Virus record (IMG/VR): IMGVR_UViG_3300005573_000152
Coordinates: 1-41,740 of that record
Length of the DNA: 41,740 nucleotides
DNA from: a virus
Lineage: Duplodnaviria > Caudoviricetes
Strand: one strand, 5' to 3'
Part shown: positions 24,889-33,356 of the stretch, in pieces
How the letters are laid out: every line of letters starts with the position of its first letter
Numbering within the stretch: position 1 is the first letter of the stretch
The notes under the pieces: model-generated
The model's database searches: none
What the model was told of the DNA's origin: nothing
The model's input: only the letters and a program-made list of their open reading frames with translations
Made by a program: the position numbers and the translations under genes

Positions 24889-25083
24889 ATGGCAAAAACT
24901 TTATCTCAAATGTTAGAAGACGCTTTAGAAGTTGCAAAGGGTTTAGAAAATGTATTAGCAGATTATGAAGAATTAATTAGCGACCTTGATGAAAAATTAG
25001 ACTCACAAAGAGAAGAAATAGAAATATTAAGTAATGAATTAGAACAATTAAAAAATTTTGTAAAGGAGAATAAAAATGCCTAA
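24889..25083 (+). CDS. Acidic coiled-coil protein
   Basis: 64 aa with heptad pattern; AAGGAG RBS. Confidence 0.7.
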   Translation: MAKTLSQMLEDALEVAKGLENVLADYEELISDLDEKLDSQREEIEILSNELEQLKNFVKENKNA

Positions 25084-25564
25084 AAAATCTGCAAAGACTG
25101 TAAAAAAATCAGCAAAAAAGACTGGAAAGAAAAGCAATTTAACTTCTATCAGTGTAGTTGCTGTCTGGAAAAATTGGTCAGACAAGCTGAAAAAGAACTA
25201 TTGGACATTTGTTCTGGAAGATAATTCTCGTTTAGCTTGCTTTGACCCGAAGGTTCTGGAAGAATTAAATCTTGACCCGAAAGAAAAAGTGTCAAGGTTT
25301 GATTTTCCGCAAAAAATGTCCGTGCAAATTAAAGGCAATTACATCGTGTCAACAAAAGAAGGACAGCCAATTCAAGAACCAGCGTCTTCCTCAAAACGCT
25401 GGACGCCAAAATCTTCTGGAAATGCAAATGCTAACATTGATAGGATGAGTGTGTTGAGGACAGCAGTAATGTTTATGGAACATCAGAAAAATAAAAGTCT
25501 TGAGAACTTACAGGAAATAACAGCAATATTTGAAAAATATGTTCAAAGTGGAAAGTGGGAATAA
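25076..25564 (+). CDS. Putative ssDNA-binding / recombination accessory protein
   Basis: Lys-rich N-terminus, beta-rich middle, helical C-terminus. Function inferred only from its position before the nuclease and primase. Confidence 0.4.
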   Translation: MPKKSAKTVKKSAKKTGKKSNLTSISVVAVWKNWSDKLKKNYWTFVLEDNSRLACFDPKVLEELNLDPKEKVSRFDFPQKMSVQIKGNYIVSTKEGQPIQEPASSSKRWTPKSSGNANANIDRMSVLRTAVMFMEHQKNKSLENLQEITAIFEKYVQSGKWE

Positions 25565-25567
25565 ATT

Positions 25568-26311
25568 ATGCTGATAGGAATTAAGTGTCCAAGAACAAAG
25601 AAGCTGGCAAACTGCCAGAAGTGCAAATCTCCCTGCCTTCCTGTTCCGCTAATGATGTCTTTGCTTTCAGATAGGGAACTTAAACCAAATGAATATCATT
25701 TAACTGAATTAGCTAATCCATTACGCATTGCATATCTCAATAGAAAATATGATTATATGGTAGAGATTGCAGATTTAGAAAATGTATGGATTGGAACAGC
25801 AGTTCATTATTACATTGCACAATTTAAACATAAAGATTATATTGCTGACCCTGATACTGCTGGAAAAGTAGAAATAGATAAAGATGTTTTTATAACTCTA
25901 ACGCCAGATTTATATGATGTTAAAAGAAAAATTATTTATGACTTTAAGGTTGTTAAAACTTACGAAGTTGAGAAAATAAAAAAAGATGGGTTAGACCAGA
26001 AGTATATTTATCAGTTAAATGGTTATAGGGAATTTAAATTTCCTGAAGCTAAAAAACTTATTCTTGTATTTATTCTAAAAGATTATACGGTGAGAACCAA
26101 ATATGAAAAAGAAATAGAAAGTCCCTTTGTAGAAGTGGAAGTGCCAATAGTAGAAACAGTAAAAGAAGAACTAATTAATAGAGCTAAAGCACTCCATAAA
26201 GCATTAATAGAAAATAAGCCACCAGAAAAATGTAGTCCTGAAGAAAGCTGGGATGGGAAACGATGTGATTTTTATTGTCCAGTAAATAAATTCTGTAGGG
26301 AGTTAAAATGA
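25568..26311 (+). CDS. Cas4-like PD-(D/E)XK exonuclease
   Basis: GTAVH, PD, DFK and YQLN.Y (QxxxY) motifs with C-terminal RC..YCPV..FC cysteine cluster. Confidence 0.85.
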   Translation: MLIGIKCPRTKKLANCQKCKSPCLPVPLMMSLLSDRELKPNEYHLTELANPLRIAYLNRKYDYMVEIADLENVWIGTAVHYYIAQFKHKDYIADPDTAGKVEIDKDVFITLTPDLYDVKRKIIYDFKVVKTYEVEKIKKDGLDQKYIYQLNGYREFKFPEAKKLILVFILKDYTVRTKYEKEIESPFVEVEVPIVETVKEELINRAKALHKALIENKPPEKCSPEESWDGKRCDFYCPVNKFCRELK

Positions 26312-26532
26312 TGGAAGAGTTTAAGTATATAATTGAAGGTAAACAATTAAAGAAATTTTGCCAGCGTTGTCCAAGTAGGTCTTTTCAATGTAGAAGAACC
26401 TGCCCTTTATTTATTTTTATTAATTCTATTGAATTGGCTAAATCTAAAAATCTTCCTTTTGGAGTAGCTGTCAAATTGATGACACGAAAGGACGATGACA
26501 ATGCTGAAACAATTAAAAAAATATCTAAATAA
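26308..26532 (+). CDS. Cys-rich hypothetical protein
   Basis: CQRC...C...CPL. Confidence 0.6.
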   Translation: MMEEFKYIIEGKQLKKFCQRCPSRSFQCRRTCPLFIFINSIELAKSKNLPFGVAVKLMTRKDDDNAETIKKISK

Positions 26533-28045
26533 AGGCTGGTCTTTAATTCCAATTGGGATTAATACTAAAAAGCCACTTGTAGATTGGAAAGCATATCAGA
26601 CCAAACATCCAACTCAAGCAGAGCTTAAAAAATGGTTTGGAGATAAAAGAAATGTTGCCGTTATTACTGGGCAGATTTCTGGTATTACGGTAATAGATTG
26701 TGATAGCCAGCAGGCTTTTGATAGAATAAAGTCTATAATTCCGATAGAAAAAGTAGGAATTGTTCAAACTCCAAGAGGTGGCTATCATATTTATTTTGCT
26801 TATACTCCAGCATTAAAGACAAATAGCAATCCACAGTTAAAAATTGACATTAGGAATAATGGTGGTTATGTCTTGCTTCCGCCGTCAGAGTTGGCAACCG
26901 CTAAATATCAATGGATAAATTTTCCTAAAACATTTGCTCCTGTTCCTGAAGCTTTAATTTCCTTATTAACTACAAATAGCTCTATAATTTTTACTGAAGC
27001 TAATCTTCAATTGGGCGGAAGGGATGAAGGATTATTTCATTTAGCTTATACATTAGCAAAGGGTGGTATGAGGTATGAAGAAATATATAATGTTCTTCAT
27101 CCTTATGCTCAAATGTGCAAGCCACCATTTCCAGAAAAAGAATTAAAAATTAAAATAGAGAGTGCCATTAAACGAATAGGAAGCAGAGAAATAAGCTTGA
27201 TTGATGAAGTTAGAGAATATGTTAATTCTGCAACTGGGCAATTTTCCTTTAGAAATGTGTGTAATGATTTAAATATTTATACTGTAGCAGATAAGAAAAA
27301 TGTTTCCAAAATTCTTAATAGCCTTGTAGAAGAAGGGGTATTGGAAAAAAGTGGAAGATGGAACGCTGTCTATAGAAAGAAGGTAAGTGATTTACAAAAA
27401 ATTGAACTAAATAAAATTGAAATTCCAGAGCCTCTGGATTTAAAATTTCCATTTAAAATTGAAGAATTAGTAGATATATATCCTAAAAATCTTATTGTTA
27501 TTGCAGGCACGCAGAATATAGGTAAAACTTTATTTATGCTTAATTTTATTAAAAATAATATGAATAAATATACTATTCATTATTTTAATAGTGAAATGTC
27601 AGAGGAAGAACTGGCTTTGCGATTAAAGCAATTTAAAGTTAAAAGATGGAAGTTTAATGCTTATTGCCGAACAACCAGATTTGAAGATGTTATTTTTCCT
27701 GATGATATTAATATTATAGATTATTTGGAAGTAGCAGATGAATTCTGGAAAATTGGGCAAACTCTATCAAGAATTCACGATAAATTAAATAAAGGCATAG
27801 CACTTATTGGTATTCAAAAATCAAGCCAGAGTTTACTGGGAAGAGGGGCAAGCTTTGGTTTAGAAAGACCCCGTTTATATCTTTCAATGGATAGAAATCA
27901 ACTTATAATTGTAAAAGCTAAAAATTGGCACTCACAAATAAACCCTAATTTTAAAATGCTTAATTTTGAAATTAAGGGAACTGATTTTAAAACTGATGGA
28001 GTATGGTATGACTATGTTCCATCAGAAGAAAGAAATAAAAGATAA
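26495..28045 (+). CDS. Bifunctional primase-polymerase fused to PriCT and RecA/SF4-type helicase
   Basis: GW.LIP, KKP...W, VIDCD, TPRGG.H.YF, DIR..GGYV..PPS (Prim-Pol); G.RD..LF (PriCT-1); G.QNIGKT Walker A, NSEM, IIDYL Walker B. Confidence 0.9.
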   Translation: MTMLKQLKKYLNKGWSLIPIGINTKKPLVDWKAYQTKHPTQAELKKWFGDKRNVAVITGQISGITVIDCDSQQAFDRIKSIIPIEKVGIVQTPRGGYHIYFAYTPALKTNSNPQLKIDIRNNGGYVLLPPSELATAKYQWINFPKTFAPVPEALISLLTTNSSIIFTEANLQLGGRDEGLFHLAYTLAKGGMRYEEIYNVLHPYAQMCKPPFPEKELKIKIESAIKRIGSREISLIDEVREYVNSATGQFSFRNVCNDLNIYTVADKKNVSKILNSLVEEGVLEKSGRWNAVYRKKVSDLQKIELNKIEIPEPLDLKFPFKIEELVDIYPKNLIVIAGTQNIGKTLFMLNFIKNNMNKYTIHYFNSEMSEEELALRLKQFKVKRWKFNAYCRTTRFEDVIFPDDINIIDYLEVADEFWKIGQTLSRIHDKLNKGIALIGIQKSSQSLLGRGASFGLERPRLYLSMDRNQLIIVKAKNWHSQINPNFKMLNFEIKGTDFKTDGVWYDYVPSEERNKR

Positions 28046-28056
28046 AGGAGAAAATA

Positions 28057-28734
28057 ATGAAAGTTCCTATAAGAAAACTAAAAAAAGACCAGATAATCTG
28101 GCTGGGTGAACATTATTGTAAGCACGGAGTGACTTATCTGGAGCATTATAATTGCTATTTAAGAGAACATCCAGAAATGGATAAAGAGAAGATTGGGTTT
28201 CTTGATATAGAAACAACTGGCTTTTATGCTGATTATGATTTTATGCTTTCATACTGTATTCTTGATGACGATACTGATACAATTTATAGTGGACTTATTA
28301 CACCGTCAGAAATTAAAAAACTAACTTTTGATAAAAGATTGGTAAAAGATTTAGTTAAAGATATGCGACGATTTGACCGTCTAATTGTTTATAATGGAGT
28401 AGATTATAGATTTGATATTCCTTTTGCCAGAACCAGAGCTTTAAGATGGGAGTTAGACTTTCCTTCTTACAGGGAAATTTTTGTAAATGATGTCTATGGA
28501 ACAGTTAAACAAAAACTTCGTTTATCCAGAAAGAAACTGGCAAATGCCTGTGGGCTTTTAGATATTCCTGTTAAAGAACACGCAGGAGACCCTAACATTT
28601 GGATGAGAGCTGCAGTTGGAAATAAAGAAGCATTAGATTATATTTTAATTCACAATATTGAAGATGTTCAATCTTTAAAAGAACTTTATCATAAAGTAGA
28701 AAAATTTATGTTAATAGGCAAGAGGAGCATTTGA
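28057..28734 (+). CDS. RNase H-like DEDD 3'-5' exonuclease (YprB/RNase_H_2 type)
   Basis: LDIET, YNG...FDIPF, D.Y, HN..DV; N-terminal C.H...H..C motif. Confidence 0.85.
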   Translation: MKVPIRKLKKDQIIWLGEHYCKHGVTYLEHYNCYLREHPEMDKEKIGFLDIETTGFYADYDFMLSYCILDDDTDTIYSGLITPSEIKKLTFDKRLVKDLVKDMRRFDRLIVYNGVDYRFDIPFARTRALRWELDFPSYREIFVNDVYGTVKQKLRLSRKKLANACGLLDIPVKEHAGDPNIWMRAAVGNKEALDYILIHNIEDVQSLKELYHKVEKFMLIGKRSI

Positions 28735-28818
28735 CATATGATAGTCATAACCTATTGTTTTTCAAGTATTTACAATTTTTTCCATACAAAAATATTTGAC
28801 AATTACCATTTTTCTTAT

Positions 28819-28847
28819 TTGACATTTGGCTAATTTTATGATATAAT
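28819..28847 (+). promoter_or_regulatory. Sigma70-type promoter
   Basis: TTGACA-17-TATAAT with TATG extension. Confidence 0.85.
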
Positions 28848-28867
28848 ATATTAAAAGGAGAAAAAAG

Positions 28868-29140
28868 ATGCCATATATAACAAAAGAAAAAAGGGCATTT
28901 TGGTTTGGTGGATTGGATATAATAATGGATAAACTTGCTGATAATGCTCCTGTCAATGCTGGTGTTATTAATTACTTGATTACAGAATTACTATTGTTTT
29001 ATATAAAAACTATTGGAGAAGATTATGAAGCTTATAACACCGCAATTGGAATTCTGGAGTGTGTAAAGCAAGAACTTTATAGGAGAGCTGTTGCTCCCTA
29101 TGAGGATAAAAAAATTCAAGAGAACGGAGATATATACTAA
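28868..29140 (+). CDS. Conserved phage helical protein (DUF6899-like)
   Basis: MPYI...G..NY.IT...Y..YN..IG.LEC.K.ELYRR...PYED.KI.ENGD. Confidence 0.75.
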   Translation: MPYITKEKRAFWFGGLDIIMDKLADNAPVNAGVINYLITELLLFYIKTIGEDYEAYNTAIGILECVKQELYRRAVAPYEDKKIQENGDIY

Positions 29141-29775
29141 TGTGCTTACAAATTTCTTCAACCGACACCAAATATTTTGTATTTAAATATGCTGGCTTTT
29201 ATTGGGGATGGAAGGAATTTTTGCTTATTGAGGATAGCAAAAATGACGACTATCAATATCAATTATTACCTTCTATGGTGAAGGGTGAAACATATTCTAT
29301 TCATCAGGTTGCTGATGGGTTATTGATTTCTCCGAAAGGAAATGCTATTCAACCCGTTCAATTTATTTTTAATGTTGTGCCAGAAGCGGCTGCTACTTTT
29401 AGAGTTGACGATTTTAAAGTATCTGGGGTAATAGTTAGGATGGAACTTGGATGCCATATTTCAAAAATAGGTGTATCTAAATTGTTTGATTTTGGTGTGC
29501 CAGTTGTGGATAGATTTGATTATTTAGAAGATGCACCAGAACTTCCTCGTCGTTTTCATTTTTCTTCTTTTGCTTGCTTTACTGATTTTCATATTCAAAT
29601 GGTTGGAGATTATGATTTTGTTGTTTCTAAATTTCTTATTCCAACACCAAAATTACTGGATAATTTTATGTCTGATGTTTTCCAGAAGTTCTGGGCAGTT
29701 AATGGTCAATTAGCATTACATTATAATAAAGTAGCTTATGAATATTTCTATGATAAAGTAATGAAAGGAGAATAA
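29140..29775 (+). CDS. Hypothetical protein
   Basis: 211 aa, aromatic-rich, translationally coupled; no motif recognised. Confidence 0.65.
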   Translation: MCLQISSTDTKYFVFKYAGFYWGWKEFLLIEDSKNDDYQYQLLPSMVKGETYSIHQVADGLLISPKGNAIQPVQFIFNVVPEAAATFRVDDFKVSGVIVRMELGCHISKIGVSKLFDFGVPVVDRFDYLEDAPELPRRFHFSSFACFTDFHIQMVGDYDFVVSKFLIPTPKLLDNFMSDVFQKFWAVNGQLALHYNKVAYEYFYDKVMKGE

Positions 29776-29776
29776 A

Positions 29777-30169
29777 ATGAATATTAAAGATGCCATTGAA
29801 AAAGTTAGAGAAATGACCGAACGAGATATACAGATAATGATTAGTAAAGGACACGATTATTCTGGTGAGCAGGATACATTAGCTAATTTAAAAGATTTTG
29901 GCATTGAAGGAATTATTGTTAGAATTGGCGATAAGTATCATCGCTTACGCCGATTTGTTCAAAGTGGATTATTAAAGGTAAAAGATGAAAGTGTAAAAGA
30001 TACTCTAATGGATATTTGTAATTATACCAGATTGGGAGAATTATTATTAGAAGAAGATAATTCTATTCATCCAGTTATTAAAAAAGAAATTATAGAAATA
30101 TTAACAAGTATAAGATTAGATGCATATCTAATGGAGATTGCATTTAATAATAAGGAGAATAAGCAATGA
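29777..30169 (+). CDS. Nucleotide-modification-associated domain 1 (DUF1599-like) protein
   Basis: K.HDY...N...G...R..DK..RL.......V.DES..DTL.D..NY. Confidence 0.8.
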   Translation: MNIKDAIEKVREMTERDIQIMISKGHDYSGEQDTLANLKDFGIEGIIVRIGDKYHRLRRFVQSGLLKVKDESVKDTLMDICNYTRLGELLLEEDNSIHPVIKKEIIEILTSIRLDAYLMEIAFNNKENKQ

Positions 30170-30546
30170 GGAAAAGAGTTTATATTGCTGGAGCTATAAC
30201 CCCAACTTCCAAAGATAAACATCCTGTTTTAGAGTATTGTGCTAATGTTGCTTCTTTTTTAGCAACTGGAACTGCTTTATATAGAAGAGGCTTTGCTCCT
30301 TATGTTCCTGCCCTTGATATACTTATAGTTATTTGGGGTTGGGGAAACTTCAAGCCAGAAGATTTCTTTGATACAAGTATGGCTTATTTAGCAGTAGCAG
30401 ATGCCGTGTTAGTGCTTCCAGAATTTGAAAATTCAGTTGGAACAAGAAGAGAGTTAGAATACGCCAGTAAACACGGCATACCAATCTTTTATGACCTTGA
30501 GGATTTATTAAGTTATTTTAGTGGCTGGGAAAACGAAGATGACTAA
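30166..30546 (+). CDS. DUF4406-like / nucleoside deoxyribosyltransferase-fold protein
   Basis: RVYIAG.IT, G..P..P, L...DAV..LP..E.S.G...E...A...GIP.F. Confidence 0.8.
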   Translation: MRKRVYIAGAITPTSKDKHPVLEYCANVASFLATGTALYRRGFAPYVPALDILIVIWGWGNFKPEDFFDTSMAYLAVADAVLVLPEFENSVGTRRELEYASKHGIPIFYDLEDLLSYFSGWENEDD

Positions 30547-30838
30547 AGAAAGATATTGCCGCTATTGTGGTAAAAAACTTGACCCTTCACATTATTTCTT
30601 TTGCAATGACGACTGTATGGAAAAATTTGCTAACTCTTATGCTTCTCTTGAAGAAATTGATGCAGCTCAAGAAATTATTTCAACTTGGACAGAAGATGCC
30701 GACACTTCTATAAAGAAGAATAAGGTTCTTCCTAAATGTGCAATGTGTAAAAATGATTGTAAAATTAAGGTAAGCCAAGAAGATTTGGATACTTTAATTT
30801 CTTTTGAGTGTATGAATTTTATTAAAAAGGAGAATTAA
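30521..30838 (+). CDS. Cys-rich (zinc-binding) protein
   Basis: CRYCGK...FC...C and CAMC..DC motifs; true start may be MTKER at 30539. Confidence 0.65.
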   Translation: MAGKTKMTKERYCRYCGKKLDPSHYFFCNDDCMEKFANSYASLEEIDAAQEIISTWTEDADTSIKKNKVLPKCAMCKNDCKIKVSQEDLDTLISFECMNFIKKEN

Positions 30839-30839
30839 C

Positions 30840-31055
30840 TTGGAATTATTTGGATTGACTTCTTCAGAGCTTGATGGGAAAATGGCAATAATTATTGATT
30901 ACCAGAAAGAAGAAATTTATTTAGTTGTAGAAAAAGAGAATTTAGTATTAACTGGAAAAGAGGCAGCATTTATTTTAGAAAGTCTGGAAAGTGTAATTCA
31001 GCATTTAATGAAAAGTTTTCAAATAGTGAAAGAACCAAACTCAAACATCAACTAA
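30840..31055 (+). CDS. Hypothetical protein
   Basis: TTG start with AAGGAG RBS. Confidence 0.6.
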   Translation: MELFGLTSSELDGKMAIIIDYQKEEIYLVVEKENLVLTGKEAAFILESLESVIQHLMKSFQIVKEPNSNIN

Positions 31056-31297
31056 TGACAAAAAAAGTAATTCAAACTCATCATATTAGTTATGACCCAG
31101 AAGAGACCGTAGTTATTACCAAAGGCGAACATTTTATACTTACAAGGATGCAGTGGTTAAAAACTCCATCAAAAGGGTTTATTAAATCGCTAAAGGCTTA
31201 TATTGCTCTTAATGAAGATAGAGCAATAGAGTTAAAAAAAGACAATGGAAAAAAGAATAAAAGACAAACTCAAAAAAGCAAAGATAGTAGCAATTGA
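31055..31297 (+). CDS. Small degenerate HNH-like protein
   Basis: HHISY.PE..V.I...EH resembles the His-Me finger core without the Cys pairs. Confidence 0.5.
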   Translation: MTKKVIQTHHISYDPEETVVITKGEHFILTRMQWLKTPSKGFIKSLKAYIALNEDRAIELKKDNGKKNKRQTQKSKDSSN

Positions 31298-32969
31298 TAC
31301 CGAAACAACTGGTGTATCTTTTGATGATAAACTGGTTGGAGTTTCTGTTGCTATAAGTCCAAATGAAGGATTTTATTTTACAGCAAAAGAAAATCTAAAT
31401 GAACTCTTTAGTATTCTTAATCCAAAACTAAAAATCTTCCATCATTTCGTTTTTGATTATTTGCAGCTTAAAAAAATAGGAATAGAAGTATCTGGAGAAT
31501 ATGAGGATACAAAAATAATAGCTTATCTTCTTGACCCAGAGCAGAGCAACAGTCTTGGAAGTTTAGGAATAAAGTATAAATGTAAAAATAAAAAACAGGA
31601 TATAAAAGAACTGCTGGGGAAAGGAAAGAATAAAATTACTTTTGATAAAGTAGATATAAAAAGAGCGGCATCATATTCTATTACTGATGCCAAATTAACT
31701 TATGAACTTTATACTATTTTACAAAAAGAAATAAGTAAAAATAAAAAATTATTTCAATGGTATAAGACTATAGAGCTTCCTTTAGCAAAGTTATTGGCTG
31801 AAATGATTTTTACTGGAATTAAAATAGATGTAAATAAAATTAAAAAACTTTCGGAAAGAATTGGTAAAGAGTGTGATAAATTAGAAAAAAAGATTTATTA
31901 TTATGCCAAAGAGCAAATTAATATAAATTCTCCAAAACAATTAAGTATTTTATTGTTTAAAAAATTAGGATTAAAGCCTCTCGCAACAACTAAAACTGGC
32001 TCTTTCTCAACAGATATAGAGACTTTAGAAGAATTAAAAGGACAACATCCTATTGTGGATGCTCTTTTGGAATACAGAAAATTATTTAAATTAAAATCAA
32101 CTTATTTAGATGCTCTCCCTAAAAAGGTAGATAATAAGCATAGACTTCATACCTTCTTCCATCAAACCAATACAGCCTCTGGGCGATTAGCTTCATCTGA
32201 CCCTAACCTTCAAAATATTCCAAAGAAGGGTGGTTTAGGTAAAGAAATTCGTTCTTACTTTATTGCTAAAGATGGTTATAAATTTGTCATTGCTGATTAT
32301 TCTCAAATTGAATTAAGAGTAGCGGCTTTCTTATCTGGAGAAAGCAAGATGTATAATGCTTTTAAAAATGGAACAGATATTCACCAACAAACTGCCCAAG
32401 AATTTTTTAAAAATTTACCAGATGCCAGAGATAGAGCCAAAACAATTAACTTTGGTATTTTATACGGTATGGGTGTTAAGGCTTTATCCAAGCAACTTAA
32501 TTGTTCTTTATTTCAAGCAGGGAAAATATTAAAAAAGTATTTTAGGGTTTATCCCAGACTTGGCGATTATAAAAATGAAGTGGTGCAGGAAGGGTTATAT
32601 AATGGCTATGTCTCTACAATTGGTGGAAGGATTAGATATATTCCACAATTAAAGAGCCTAAATGAAGCAGAAAAAAGCTTTGGTGAACGCATTGCTATGA
32701 ATACTCCAGTTCAAGGTTCAGCAGCAGATATAATCAAAATAGCAATGCTTCAAGTTGATAAAGAATTAAAAGAGAATAAAATTGATGGGCAAATCCTTTT
32801 ACAAATTCACGATGAATTGATTATTGAGGTTAATGAAAAAGATATTGAGAAGGCAAAAGAAATTGTCAATAAAGCAATGACTAAATTTTATTTATTTCCA
32901 ATATCCAAAAAATTAGAAGATATAATTGAGATAAATTTATTTGTAAATAAAGCTTGGGATAAAAAATAA
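31245..32969 (+). CDS. polA: Family A DNA polymerase (3'-5' exonuclease plus polymerase, no 5' nuclease)
   Basis: DTETTG (ExoI), SGRLASSDPNLQNIP, ADYSQIELR (motif A), RAKTINFGILYG (motif B), N.PVQGSAAD, QIHDEL (motif C). Confidence 0.96.
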   Translation: MEKRIKDKLKKAKIVAIDTETTGVSFDDKLVGVSVAISPNEGFYFTAKENLNELFSILNPKLKIFHHFVFDYLQLKKIGIEVSGEYEDTKIIAYLLDPEQSNSLGSLGIKYKCKNKKQDIKELLGKGKNKITFDKVDIKRAASYSITDAKLTYELYTILQKEISKNKKLFQWYKTIELPLAKLLAEMIFTGIKIDVNKIKKLSERIGKECDKLEKKIYYYAKEQININSPKQLSILLFKKLGLKPLATTKTGSFSTDIETLEELKGQHPIVDALLEYRKLFKLKSTYLDALPKKVDNKHRLHTFFHQTNTASGRLASSDPNLQNIPKKGGLGKEIRSYFIAKDGYKFVIADYSQIELRVAAFLSGESKMYNAFKNGTDIHQQTAQEFFKNLPDARDRAKTINFGILYGMGVKALSKQLNCSLFQAGKILKKYFRVYPRLGDYKNEVVQEGLYNGYVSTIGGRIRYIPQLKSLNEAEKSFGERIAMNTPVQGSAADIIKIAMLQVDKELKENKIDGQILLQIHDELIIEVNEKDIEKAKEIVNKAMTKFYLFPISKKLEDIIEINLFVNKAWDKK

Positions 32970-33143
32970 TTACCAACCTTTAAGGGCTTCTCTGGCTTTT
33001 CTTTTTAACAACGACCTCTTACTAAAGATTTTATCATACTTCCCACTATTAAGCATAGCGTGATAGACCTGCTGTGCTTTTTTCTCTCCATACTCCTTTA
33101 CTAAATTAGCATATAATTTTTTCTCTTTTACACTGTAAGGCAT
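32970..33143 (-). CDS. Small basic protein, 57 aa (not in ORF track)
   Basis: MPYSVKEKKLYANLVKEYGEKKAQQVYHAMLNSGK...; GAGGTG RBS; YG.KK...V..A..N.G motif of small phage proteins. Confidence 0.7.
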   Translation of the reverse strand: MPYSVKEKKLYANLVKEYGEKKAQQVYHAMLNSGKYDKIFSKRSLLKRKAREALKGW

Positions 33144-33146
33144 AGT

Positions 33147-33356
33147 TCACCTCTTGGTAATAATTTGAACTATTACAGCAGCTAAAATGGAAACAATTCC
33201 CCCAAGAATTATCTTTAATATTACCCAAATATGGGCAAGCTCATTGTCAAGAATATCCTTAACTAAATACTCTAAAATAGTTAATCGTTCTTCAGTAGTT
33301 TTGTTCAAACAAGGATTATCACCCAACTCTCTTAAAACTTTATCAGATTTTTTCAT
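33147..33356 (-). CDS. Small protein with C-terminal membrane helix (possible holin/antiholin)
   Basis: ERL..LE...N.L.H followed by one TM helix; GGAGG RBS. Confidence 0.55.
   Translation of the reverse strand: MKKSDKVLRELGDNPCLNKTTEERLTILEYLVKDILDNELAHIWVILKIILGGIVSILAAVIVQIITKR

Noticed and set aside
31055-31297. Mobile homing endonuclease or intron at the polymerase
   Set aside because: The ORF is only 80 aa with a partial His motif, and the polymerase is uninterrupted.
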